A stretch of DNA of 64,000 nucleotides, taken from sequence record PP047752. One strand, 5' to 3'. Below, piece by piece: positions 1 through 7,465 of the stretch (positions are counted from its first letter, which is position 1; every line of letters begins with the position of its first letter). Below the pieces are notes generated by a model. The model had not been told where the DNA came from. It made no database searches and saw only the letters and a list, made by a program, of their open reading frames with translations. A program made the translations under genes and the position numbers. Origin of the DNA: Escherichia phage KEP2.

Positions 1-946
1 CCACAACATTCAGCGTTAAGGTCTCACCTTCAGTGATTTCTTGATTTGCTGGTTGCTGAGTGATAACTGGCAAAGCCTTCACCGTGATAGTTGCAGGGTT
101 AGAAGTAACAGAACCCCCAGCACCAGTCACAACGCATGTGTAAGAACCTGCATCTGCTGGAAGCGCACCAGATTTGCTATAGTTAGCATTTGTAGCTGAT
201 GGGATGTCAGAGCCATCTTTCTTCCATTGGTAGCCTGTTGCACCTGTTGCAGTGACTGATAAGTCAATGTTCCCACCTTCATTGATGGTCTGGCTAGAAG
301 GTTGTTTGGTAATCACTGGTAAGGCGTTCACAGTAACTGTTGCTGCATCTGAGGTGACACTTGTCCCACCCTCTCCAGATACAACGCAAGTGTATGAACC
401 AGCGTCAGAAGGCGCTACAGATTGTTTTGTATAGGTTGCAGATGTGGCACTGGAGATATTCTCACCATCCTTCTTCCATTGATACCCAGTGGCATTAGTT
501 GCGAGAACACTTAGGGTAAGTGCTCCACCTTCATTGACTGTTTGGTTTGTCGGTTGCTGAGTAATTACTGGTGGCTTAATGGCATCCTTCAACTTAGCAT
601 TCAACATTGAGAACGGCTTAACTCTTGCCAACCATTCACAATACACTGTGTCAACATCTTTACCATTGATAATTGCATATTGTAAATCCATGAAGAAGTC
701 AGAAGTTCTCATTTGAGCACCGACGCTGTAAAGCAAATCATCACTAAAAGGAACTTTGTAGTCTGGTTTGTAGTCAAACTTCTCAACTTCTGCGATATCA
801 GCTTCAGGCCAATATGAGCTATATGTTAGTGGTAAAATAGCCTCTTGATATGTTCTAAAATCATATCTCTTACCAGCCTTTACATTTGCGATGAAGCCCT
901 TCACAAATTCTTTGAAGTCTGGGTAAGTCTTTGCTTTAATCATTTC
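1..946 (-). CDS. Ig-like repeat protein, N-terminal part (3' end lies left of the window)
   Basis: Minus-strand frame open from ATG at 944-946 to window edge; absent from ORF track because no stop in window. Hand translation gives ~85-aa Ig-like repeats (…VNEGGALTLSVLATNATGYQWKKDG…) with ~255-bp DNA periodicity; N-terminal ~110 aa resemble the 940..1311 product. Confidence 0.55.
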
Positions 947-1311
947 TTTTTAGCCTCTAAACGTGCGTTTAATCTAAAATAGCCTTTATGTTGTGGAGAC
1001 ACATCACCAACAACGATACCTTCAACTTTATAACCTTTACCGATTACATACTGGATATCCATAAGAAATGTACCAAGTCCTACAATGTGGAACATTGGAT
1101 ATAATAACTTATCTGAATCTGGGAGATTAATATCTGGGTTGTAGGTAGGTTGTTTACTAGTAGGTGTAATATCTTCTTCAGGCCATTTACTTAGTCTCCA
1201 TGTCAAAGGTGTTGGGATAACATCATTAAGATTGTACCTCCCACCATTCTCCACGGAATGGATATAGGATTGTAGGAAGCAATAAAAGTCTTTTGCACTC
1301 TTAGCTTTCAT
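940..1311 (-). CDS. hypothetical protein, paralog of N-terminal domain of upstream Ig-repeat protein
   Basis: ORF track; shared motifs (MKAK…DF…, …F.MD.QY.I..G…) with 1..946 product. Confidence 0.5.
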   Translation of the reverse strand: MKAKSAKDFYCFLQSYIHSVENGGRYNLNDVIPTPLTWRLSKWPEEDITPTSKQPTYNPDINLPDSDKLLYPMFHIVGLGTFLMDIQYVIGKGYKVEGIVVGDVSPQHKGYFRLNARLEAKKK

Positions 1312-1358
1312 TAAATATCCTTATAAATAGATAAAGGGGCATTAGCCCCTGTTTATAC

Positions 1359-1949
1359 TTAAGCTTTGGTCTTAAGTAGGTTCTTAAGTTTTTTGAGATT
1401 CATGCTCTCGTCAAACTTAAAACCAAATCCATTGACATAATCAATGAACTCGGATTTCTTACTAAGTGATAGCGCGTAACTCATATCAAAGTTATTACTT
1501 GTTTCTGCGTCTGAACTAGAGTTCACATCAAATGAAATTTCTGTAGGCTCTTGCTTGCTACTTCTCATATTATCAATTAATAGGCATGTATAGTTCGCTG
1601 GATAGAAGTTTGCACTGCCATCAACATACCCATACTTATTGTTGTGAATAAGGTTTGAAAATACCTTAAGAAATGTTTCTGAGTCGTGGCATACAAGTTT
1701 GAATTGGCTGCATTCTCCAAGAGCCACTAAAGAATAAGGGCTTTCACTATCAATGTCGTAGTTTGGATTTGATGTTGTAACCGTCACACGCATCAAGTTA
1801 TTAGCAATAGTCTTCTGCTTGAAAGAATTTGGGACATAGTGAAGACCTCTATCACACTGATTAACTAACTCTTTAAGTAGGTCGTTTGCATATGGTGAAT
1901 TAATTGATACAGAGCCATCACTATTATAGTTAAAACTTACTGTTAACAT
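1359..1949 (-). CDS. hypothetical protein
   Basis: 196-aa ORF, tight spacing with neighbours. Confidence 0.5.
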   Translation of the reverse strand: MLTVSFNYNSDGSVSINSPYANDLLKELVNQCDRGLHYVPNSFKQKTIANNLMRVTVTTSNPNYDIDSESPYSLVALGECSQFKLVCHDSETFLKVFSNLIHNNKYGYVDGSANFYPANYTCLLIDNMRSSKQEPTEISFDVNSSSDAETSNNFDMSYALSLSKKSEFIDYVNGFGFKFDESMNLKKLKNLLKTKA

Positions 1950-2176
1950 TTTTCAGTTCTCCTGCGATTTATGATTTTGCTGCAATAGAGAAACGAAGTA
2001 AACTCACTGGAAGAAACCATTAAGTGTTGTTCACTAGATTGAGCCATTGCCCTGAAATACATTCCAGTCAAAGCATCGTAGTGACTATTCTTTCCAATTG
2101 AGGTTATATAGCCATGACTCTTTGCAGTTTTATATAAATCTATAATATCTGCGATTTCTAATTGGGAACTACACAT
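1943..2176 (-). CDS. hypothetical protein
   Basis: 77-aa ORF overlapping neighbours by a few nt (operon-like). Confidence 0.4.
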   Translation of the reverse strand: MCSSQLEIADIIDLYKTAKSHGYITSIGKNSHYDALTGMYFRAMAQSSEQHLMVSSSEFTSFLYCSKIINRRRTEKC

Positions 2177-2340
2177 AGATAATCCTCTTGTCTTCTGTAA
2201 TTTTGAAAGAACAGGTACAGACCAATTTCAGAGGATGAATAGTAGAGTAACTCTACCCTTTTTGATTCCTTACAGTGATTGGTATTTTTACCTTTCTTCG
2301 GGTTGTTTGATTTTCTCATTAAGTCTCCTTTGTAGAACAA
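2158..2340 (-). CDS. hypothetical small basic protein
   Basis: 60-aa ORF, K/R-rich. Confidence 0.3.
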   Translation of the reverse strand: MFYKGDLMRKSNNPKKGKNTNHCKESKRVELLYYSSSEIGLYLFFQNYRRQEDYLCVVPN

Positions 2341-2417
2341 GGCAGACCTACAGCTTTAAGTAAGATGGTACAGTAATCCATACAACAAGTCAAGAACTAT
2401 TGCAAGTTAAAAAAGTT

Positions 2418-2459
2418 GTTGACAAAGTACTTGACAAGGTGTAGGCTTATAAATACTTA
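2418..2459 (+). promoter_or_regulatory. tandem TTGACA boxes (GTTGACAAAGTACTTGACAAGGTGT), candidate promoter or regulator site in divergent intergenic region
   Basis: Two TTGACA hexamers 6 nt apart; nearly identical 25-mer recurs at 41868-41892. Confidence 0.4.
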
Positions 2460-2568
2460 GAAGATAACTTAAAAGGTTCCTCTAAAAAGGCTATTTAAAC
2501 AGATATCTTTCTGGATATCTATCTTTTATCTTAAAAGCCTTTTAAGAGGTCTTATAAGAGGCATACCA

Positions 2569-2940
2569 ATGAAAAACAGAACAAACAAAGGCCAGTTTAA
2601 AAAAGGCCAGTCTGGAAACCCATCTGGAAGACCAAAAGGCTCTCGTAACAAAAGCTCACTTGTAAAAGCTCAACTGACCATTGATAATTCTGCTGAGTTT
2701 GCTGCAAAGTTGTTTGAAGCGATTGTTACAAGGGACGCTGCTAAGCTTGCAGAGTTCGGGTTAAACACAGATGACGTAACCATCAAGAGCATGATTGAGG
2801 TCGGTAAAACTATCTTTACTCACTCAGCAGGTGAGATGAAAGCACTTGCAGCAGACACTAAGAAGACTCCTGATAATGGTGGTCAGTCACAGACAGATAA
2901 CAAACCAACGTTCTCTGCTGTAGCGACTCTCAAAAAATAA
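2569..2940 (+). CDS. hypothetical protein with Gly/Pro/Lys-rich N-terminus (GNPSGRPKGSRNK)
   Basis: 123-aa ORF downstream of promoter-like region. Confidence 0.5.
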   Translation: MKNRTNKGQFKKGQSGNPSGRPKGSRNKSSLVKAQLTIDNSAEFAAKLFEAIVTRDAAKLAEFGLNTDDVTIKSMIEVGKTIFTHSAGEMKALAADTKKTPDNGGQSQTDNKPTFSAVATLKK

Positions 2941-2952
2941 TTTTAAAAGGTG

Positions 2953-2988
2953 TTGACAGACTCTACAAAGTTACTCTAAAGTCTGTCA
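2953..2988 (+). promoter_or_regulatory. TTGACA box inside a 9-bp inverted repeat (GACAGACTC…AGTCTGTC), promoter/operator candidate upstream of 3022 gene
   Basis: TTGACA at 2953-2958; palindrome arms at about 2955-2963 and 2981-2988. Confidence 0.35.
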
Positions 2989-3021
2989 CATCAAACAACA
3001 AATGAGAGAAGAGAGTAAAAT

Positions 3022-4437
3022 ATGAGCGAATTATTTAAACATGCGCACCTTCATGCAGGTCGAACTGAAAATGGTGCTGTAAACCATACTTCATCAATGT
3101 CTGCTCTGGTAGACTTCTACAAAGCCGCTGGCTCAAGCCGTAGCAATGTAGAAATTTTACCAGACCTGTTCTACAAAGCTTTGCGTGAGGATGTTGATGT
3201 TGCAGTTCGTATTTTACTGCATATGCGAGATGTAAGAGAAGGTATGGGTGAGCGTAAAGCTTTCCGAACTGTTTTACTTCAAGCGATTGAAGATAAAGTT
3301 TTAGAACCTACACAGGTTCTTCGCATTATGGATAAGATTGCAGAGCTTGGTCGTTTTGATGACTTCAAAATCTTCGTAGGTACTCGTTTTGAGACAGATG
3401 CCTTCAAACATTTAGAAGCAGCATTACTAGACCCTGCAACAGCAGGTTTAGCAGCTAAGTGGTTACCACGAGTAAAACCACGCCACAAACAGTTTGTAAA
3501 ACGTTTCTGTAAGTTTGCAAACTTAAGTGAGAAGGAGTATCGCACACTGTTATCTGCACTGTCTGATACAGTTGAGCAAAAAATCTCTGCTAATGAGTTT
3601 GGTAAGATTGACTACAGCAAGATTCCTTCACTCGCTGCTGCACGTTACCAAAAGCTCTTTAACCGTAAAGATGGGGAACGTTACAAAGCTTACATTGAGT
3701 CCCTCTCAAAAGGTGAGGCTAAGATTAACGCTGGTGCTGTTTACCCATACGATGTGATTAAATCTATCAAGTATGGTAATGCAGATGTTGCTAATGAGCA
3801 GTGGAAAGCACTACCAAACTGGATGGCAGATGGTGAAAACATCTTGTGTATGACTGATGTTTCAAGCTCAATGTCTTGGGTGAATCTTGGTTCAATCACT
3901 GCCCTTGATATTGGTGTATCACTTGCCTTGTATGTAGCAGAACGCAATACAGGTTGCTTTAAGAATGAGTTAATGGTTTATTCAACAAACCCTCACTTCA
4001 TCGAACTGAGTGGTGATTTACGAAACCGTCATCGTCAGGTAATGCGTCATGTTGAATATGGCTCAACTAACTTACAAGCAGCTTTTGACCGCATTCTTGA
4101 GATAGGTAAGAGAAACAACTTGACTCAGAAAGATATGCCAAGTAAGCTTATCATCTTCTCTGATATGGAGTTTAATCAGGTTGATGGTGCAAATGGTCGT
4201 ACAAACTTTGAAGCAATTCAGAGTAAGTACAAAAAAGCTGGATACGAAATGCCACAACTAGTATTCTGGTACTTAGCAAACCGTAATGGTACTTGCGAAG
4301 TATCTGTTAAGGATAATGGTGTAGCAATGGTATCAGGGTTCTCTCCAGCCACTTTAAAAGCTCTGCTTGGTGGTGAGAAGTTTGACCCAATCAGCGTAAT
4401 GCTCAAAGCAGTAATGATTGACCGTTACATCTGGTAA
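3022..4437 (+). CDS. vWA-domain protein, candidate Ro60/Rsr-like (TROVE-vWA) RNA-binding protein
   Basis: 471 aa; MIDAS-type D-x-S-x-S (MTDVSSSMSW) and downstream LIIFSDMEF motif resemble the Ro60 vWA domain as I recall it; helical N-terminal ~270 aa; lies just upstream of tRNA/Y-RNA-like cluster. TROVE assignment is not verified. Confidence 0.45.
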   Translation: MSELFKHAHLHAGRTENGAVNHTSSMSALVDFYKAAGSSRSNVEILPDLFYKALREDVDVAVRILLHMRDVREGMGERKAFRTVLLQAIEDKVLEPTQVLRIMDKIAELGRFDDFKIFVGTRFETDAFKHLEAALLDPATAGLAAKWLPRVKPRHKQFVKRFCKFANLSEKEYRTLLSALSDTVEQKISANEFGKIDYSKIPSLAAARYQKLFNRKDGERYKAYIESLSKGEAKINAGAVYPYDVIKSIKYGNADVANEQWKALPNWMADGENILCMTDVSSSMSWVNLGSITALDIGVSLALYVAERNTGCFKNELMVYSTNPHFIELSGDLRNRHRQVMRHVEYGSTNLQAAFDRILEIGKRNNLTQKDMPSKLIIFSDMEFNQVDGANGRTNFEAIQSKYKKAGYEMPQLVFWYLANRNGTCEVSVKDNGVAMVSGFSPATLKALLGGEKFDPISVMLKAVMIDRYIW

Positions 4438-4455
4438 AAAGTTTTAAAAAGGGTA

Positions 4456-4484
4456 TTGACAATGTGTTTGATACCCTTTAATAT
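4456..4484 (+). promoter_or_regulatory. sigma70-like promoter (TTGACA-17-TAATAT) leading the tRNA array
   Basis: TTGACA 4456-4461, 17-nt spacer, TAATAT 4479-4484; flanked by GGGTAT/ATACCC inverted repeat. Confidence 0.55.
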
Positions 4485-4546
4485 GTTCTACATAGAAACG
4501 AAATGAGAGCTTTTCTAAGATACTGAAAAATATTTTAAAAAAGTTC

Positions 4547-4580
4547 TTGACAACCACTAAAAAATAATGTTAAAGTGGTT
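4547..4580 (+). promoter_or_regulatory. second TTGACA box with ACCACT/AGTGGT inverted repeat
   Basis: TTGACA 4547-4552; weak -10 candidates; palindrome arms 4553-4558 and 4575-4580. Confidence 0.35.
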
Positions 4581-4602
4581 ACATAGAGTTTGAAAAGTTT
4601 AT

Positions 4603-4679
4603 CTCTGTTTAGCTCAGCTTGGTAGAGCGTTCCGTTTGGGGCGGTAAGGCCGGAGGTTCAAGTCCTCCAACAGAGACCA
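4603..4679 (+). tRNA. tRNA-Pro (anticodon TGG)
   Basis: Acceptor complementarity, TAGCTCAG D-arm, anticodon loop TTTGGGG, T-arm GGAGG-TTCAAGT-CCTCC. Confidence 0.7.
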
Positions 4680-4686
4680 AATTAAT

Positions 4687-4764
4687 GTTCCAGTAGACAA
4701 AATGGTAAAGTCACCACTCTTTCAAAGTGGATATTTGAGGGTTCAAATCCCTTCTGGAACGCCA
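4687..4764 (+). tRNA. tRNA-Glu (anticodon TTC)
   Basis: Acceptor GTTCCAG/CTGGAAC, anticodon stem CCACT/AGTGG with loop CTTTCAA, T-loop TTCAAAT, CCA encoded. Confidence 0.7.
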
Positions 4765-4771
4765 GTTTTGA

Positions 4772-4844
4772 CAGAAGACCAATTACAGCAAACTTAATCT
4801 TATTCATCTGACACGAAATCGGACAAAGAAGAGGTTTGGTCTGG
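4772..4844 (+). repeat. hairpin module A of CAGAAGACC…GGTCTGG family
   Basis: 5' CAGAAGACCAA pairs with 3' TTGGTCTGG; CAGCAA box in loop. Confidence 0.5.
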
Positions 4845-4855
4845 TCATTAAGAAT

Positions 4856-4932
4856 TGCGGGTATAGAGAAAGGGCGTCTCACATGTCTCATTAGCATGGT
4901 ATCGGCAGGTTCGACTCCTGCACCCGCCTCCA
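4856..4932 (+). tRNA. tRNA with anticodon CAT (Met or Ile2)
   Basis: D-stem GAGA/TCTC, anticodon stem CATGT/GCATG with loop CTCATTA, T-arm GCAGG-TTCGACT-CCTGC, CCA encoded; one acceptor mismatch. Confidence 0.55.
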
Positions 4933-4938
4933 ATTTTG

Positions 4939-4998
4939 CAGAAGACCGTATTCAGCAACAAAATACTTTTTGCGGATAAAAGAAAAAACACGGTCTGG
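4939..4998 (+). repeat. hairpin module B of CAGAAGACC…GGTCTGG family
   Basis: 5' CAGAAGACCGT pairs with 3' ACGGTCTGG (compensatory change relative to A and C); CAGCAA box. Confidence 0.5.
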
Positions 4999-5009
4999 CA
5001 ATGTATTAA

Positions 5010-5086
5010 GGTTAGGAAGCACATAAGGTATGTGCGGTCGCCTGTTAAGCGAATGGCACAGGGTTCGAATCCCTGACTAACCGCCA
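5010..5086 (+). tRNA. tRNA-Asn (anticodon GTT)
   Basis: D-stem GCAC/GTGC, anticodon loop CTGTTAA, T-arm CAGGG-TTCGAAT-CCCTG, CCA encoded. Confidence 0.7.
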
Positions 5087-5173
5087 AATTATAATAAGTA
5101 TTTCAAGATGATGTTTTGAGAGGGCTATTTAGCCCCTCCCTTAAAGAGTTCTTACGAGTATTCTTTAAAGGAG

Positions 5174-5248
5174 CAGAAGACCAAATTCAGCAAGTACGTA
5201 TGATATTTTCAAGCCAATCAAATTTTGAAAAATTTAAACTTGGTCTGG
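5174..5248 (+). repeat. hairpin module C of CAGAAGACC…GGTCTGG family
   Basis: 5' CAGAAGACCAA pairs with 3' TTGGTCTGG; CAGCAA box. Confidence 0.5.
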
Positions 5249-5261
5249 CTCAACAAATTTA

Positions 5262-5393
5262 CAGAAGACCGTTTACAGCAAAACTTAAACAATCTATTTC
5301 TCCGGTAAAGAAAAGGTGAAGGTTCGATTCCTTCACTCGGCAGATGTCGAGTTGGTGTAATGGTAACACTTAAGATGATAAACAACGGTCTGG
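5262..5393 (+). ncRNA. candidate Y-RNA-like (YrlA-like) ncRNA with permuted tRNA-like core
   Basis: Terminal stem AGACCG(5266-5271)/CGGTCT(5386-5391); inside, T-arm GAAGG-TTCGATT-CCTTC (5318-5334), 7-bp acceptor-like stem ACTCGGC/GTCGAGT closed by AGAT loop (5335-5352), D-arm GTGT-AATGGTA-ACAC (5355-5369). Confidence 0.45.
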
Positions 5394-5542
5394 TAATTAT
5401 CTTTGTAGGTGAGCTATTAAGCTTACCTGTGAGTATGCGACCACAAAGGGTGAAAGGGTAAATTCTAGATTTAAACCCAACAAGGCACATCGCTACAGAC
5501 CTTAAGCAAGTCTGGGTAGCTTATCTACAAAGATAATTTAAT

Positions 5543-5618
5543 GGAAGTGTAGCAGAATGGTGATGCGGCAGACTTTTAATCTGACAGGCGATGGGTTCGA
5601 ATCCCTCCACTTCTACCA
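5543..5618 (+). tRNA. tRNA-Lys (anticodon TTT)
   Basis: Acceptor GGAAGTG/CACTTCT, anticodon loop CTTTTAA, T-loop TTCGAAT, CCA encoded. Confidence 0.6.
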
Positions 5619-5622
5619 ATAT

Positions 5623-5699
5623 GGTTCAGTCGCAGATAAGGTAATGCAGGGGTTTCATAAGCCCTTTGAATGTGGGTTAGATTCCCATCTGAACCTCCA
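5623..5699 (+). tRNA. tRNA with anticodon CAT (Met or Ile2)
   Basis: Acceptor GGTTCAG/CTGAACC, anticodon stem GGGGT/GCCCT with loop TTCATAA; T-loop atypical (TTAGATT). Confidence 0.5.
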
Positions 5700-5701
5700 A
5701 T

Positions 5702-5776
5702 TGTGGGTTAGCATAAATGGTAATGCAAACGGCTGATAACCGTTAGAAGAGGGTTCGATACCCTCACCTACAACCA
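5702..5776 (+). tRNA. tRNA-Ile (anticodon GAT)
   Basis: D-stem GCAT/ATGC, perfect anticodon stem AACGG/CCGTT with loop CTGATAA, T-arm GAGGG-TTCGATA-CCCTC, CCA encoded. Confidence 0.75.
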
Positions 5777-5791
5777 ATTTCAATAAAGTTG

Positions 5792-5820
5792 TTGACATTG
5801 AGATGTGACCACTTTATAGT
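5792..5820 (+). promoter_or_regulatory. sigma70-like promoter (TTGACA-17-TATAGT) inside the tRNA array
   Basis: TTGACA 5792-5797, 17-nt spacer, TATAGT 5815-5820. Confidence 0.55.
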
Positions 5821-6113
5821 AACTAAAATACTTCATAATATGTATAATTCAAACACCAATACATGAGCGTTAGACGTAACACAATGTGGGGAAATTTGTT
5901 GTACATATTCTGAATAGTTTTCGTTGCGTAGCGTCTATTTTGCAAATTTAAAATAAATGCAAACGACAATGTTTTTCTGGCAGTAGCTTGATAGGCTAAA
6001 CACCAGTGAGGTCTTCCAATCCCTCATCAAAGAATTTGGCGTACTCGCCCACGGTATGATTAATAAGGTGGGCATCTTTAAGGGCTTTCTAAGAGAGTCT
6101 TTAAAGATAATTA

Positions 6114-6195
6114 CGGGGCGTATCTCAGCGGTCTTCTAAACCGCCGTTAACCGAGTAAGTGGAGTATGCGGGTTCGAGTCCTGCCGCCTCGACCA
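6114..6195 (+). tRNA. atypical tRNA-like element (T-arm, acceptor and TCT anticodon-like loop; no recognisable D-arm)
   Basis: Acceptor CGGGGCG/CGCCTCG plus CCA, T-arm GCGGG-TTCGAGT-CCTGC, stem-loop GCGGT-CTTCTAA-ACCGC; 82 nt. Confidence 0.4.
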
Positions 6196-6209
6196 ATTTT
6201 GGAGAAATC

Positions 6210-6557
6210 ATGAAAACTTGTATTAGGTGCAAACTTAGCAAGGATGAAAATGATTTCTACATGAAAGATGGTAAGAGAACTCATTCATACTGTAAAAAGT
6301 GTGTTAATGAGCAAACCATAGAAAGACAAAGAGCACTTAAACTTTCAGCTATTGAGTACAAAGGTGGGGTTTGTCATGATTGTGGTAAAAGGTATCATCC
6401 AGCAGTGTATGACTTCCATCATTTGAATCCTTCAGAGAAAGATTTTAACATTGGTCATAGAAAAAGTCTGAAGTTCTCTCAAGAACTAAAAGATGAACTT
6501 GACAAATGTGTTTTGCTATGTTCAAATTGCCATAGGGTAAGACATGCAAAGTATTAG
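6210..6557 (+). CDS. HNH homing-endonuclease-like protein
   Basis: CxxC…CxxC zinc pairs and HH…N…CH motif (YDFHHLNP…CSNCHRVRH); start taken at ATG 6210 because track start 6159 overlaps the tRNA-like element. Confidence 0.7.
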   Translation: MKTCIRCKLSKDENDFYMKDGKRTHSYCKKCVNEQTIERQRALKLSAIEYKGGVCHDCGKRYHPAVYDFHHLNPSEKDFNIGHRKSLKFSQELKDELDKCVLLCSNCHRVRHAKY

Positions 6558-6694
6558 TTAGCAGATTGCTTAGACGACCTTATCGGGTCTCCGTGTAAGG
6601 AGGTGGTCTGTATCTCATGTTTTCCAGAACATGTAAATAATCTGAGAAGGGGCTTTACAGTGTTGCGAAAATACGGTAAGCTTCGAATTATAGT

Positions 6695-6776
6695 GTGGGA
6701 CGATGTTAAGACTCTAAGGCATGAGCAACGGCCTCCAAAACCGTTTCAAAGTGGTTCAACTCCTCCGTCCCATGCC
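6695..6776 (+). tRNA. tRNA-Trp-like (anticodon CCA), atypical length
   Basis: Acceptor GTGGGAC/GTCCCAT plus CCA, anticodon loop CTCCAAA; D-region too long for a canonical fold. Confidence 0.4.
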
Positions 6777-6790
6777 AAAGTCTTATTAGG

Positions 6791-6878
6791 GGTAGGTAGC
6801 GGCTAATGGTAGCCAAACTGTCTTGAAAACAGTTGCCACTGTAGAGATACGGTGAGGGTTCGACTCCTTTACTTACCG
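6791..6878 (+). tRNA. tRNA-Ser (anticodon TGA), long variable arm
   Basis: Acceptor GGTAGGT/ACTTACC, anticodon stem ACTGT/ACAGT with loop CTTGAAA, ~20-nt variable arm, T-loop TTCGACT. Confidence 0.6.
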
Positions 6879-7135
6879 CCTAATAAGATTTAAAGCCAAG
6901 CTTCATTCGGATGTTGCTTTGGTATCCCTCGTGTATTGTCGTACACACTGATAAAGCACCTAGTAGGTGTCACGGAGAAGAGATAATATCAAGCTCTCCA
7001 AAGGTTCTAGTCACCGGATTAAACAAGACTATGCAAAGACCAATTTAGGTCTTTTTAGAGGGCTTCTAAGGTTATTACAGCTTGTTGTGGAACCTTGTTG
7101 CTTAGGTTCTTAGAAGTTCTCTAAAAAGATTTAAT

Positions 7136-7212
7136 GCACCTATAGCCCAACTGGTAGAGGCAGCAGACTTAGAATCTGCTCAGTGTGAGTTCGAATCTCT
7201 CTAGGTGTACCA
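7136..7212 (+). tRNA. tRNA with anticodon TAG (Leu codon CUA) but short variable loop
   Basis: Acceptor GCACCTA/TAGGTGT plus CCA, 6-bp anticodon stem AGCAGA/TCTGCT with loop CTTAGAA, T-loop TTCGAAT. Confidence 0.5.
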
Positions 7213-7219
7213 AATTAAT

Positions 7220-7295
7220 GCAGGTGTAGCAAAATGGTTATGCGGCTGACTCTTAATCAGTAAGACGATGGGTTCAATTCCCTCCACCTGTACCA
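7220..7295 (+). tRNA. tRNA-Lys (anticodon CTT)
   Basis: Acceptor GCAGGTG/CACCTGT, anticodon loop CTCTTAA, T-loop TTCAATT, CCA encoded; paralogous to 5543-5618. Confidence 0.6.
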
Positions 7296-7301
7296 AACAT
7301 T

Positions 7302-7377
7302 GGGGATGTAGTTTACATGGTTAAAACATAAGTTTTGCAAACTTAAGTACAGGGTTCAATTCCCTGCTTCTCCACCA
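7302..7377 (+). tRNA. tRNA-Ala (anticodon TGC)
   Basis: D-stem GTTT/AAAC, perfect anticodon stem TAAGT/ACTTA with loop TTTGCAA, T-arm CAGGG-TTCAATT-CCCTG, CCA encoded. Confidence 0.7.
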
Positions 7378-7459
7378 ATTAGTGCATCCATAGTTTAAAT
7401 GGGAAAATTACAGTCTTCCAAACTGAGGTTGAGGGTTCGATTCCCTCTGGATGCTCCAA
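7372..7459 (+). repeat. 88-bp perfect direct repeat, copy 1 (contains tRNA-Gly)
   Basis: Identical to 7785-7872 by direct comparison. Confidence 0.85.
7384..7458 (+). tRNA. tRNA-Gly (anticodon TCC), copy 1
   Basis: Perfect acceptor GCATCCA/TGGATGC, anticodon loop CTTCCAA, T-arm GAGGG-TTCGATT-CCCTC, CCA encoded. Confidence 0.75.
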
Positions 7460-7465
7460 ATTAAT

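Noticed and set aside
252-434. Plus-strand 60-aa ORF
   Set aside because: Lies inside the minus-strand Ig-repeat gene, which has clear repeat structure and a continuous frame.
4682-5490. Track ORFs 4682..4933(-), 4848..5087(-), 5116..5319(+), 5218..5490(-)
   Set aside because: They overlap tRNA genes and hairpin modules and have no RBS or coherent composition; treated as chance frames in RNA-coding DNA.
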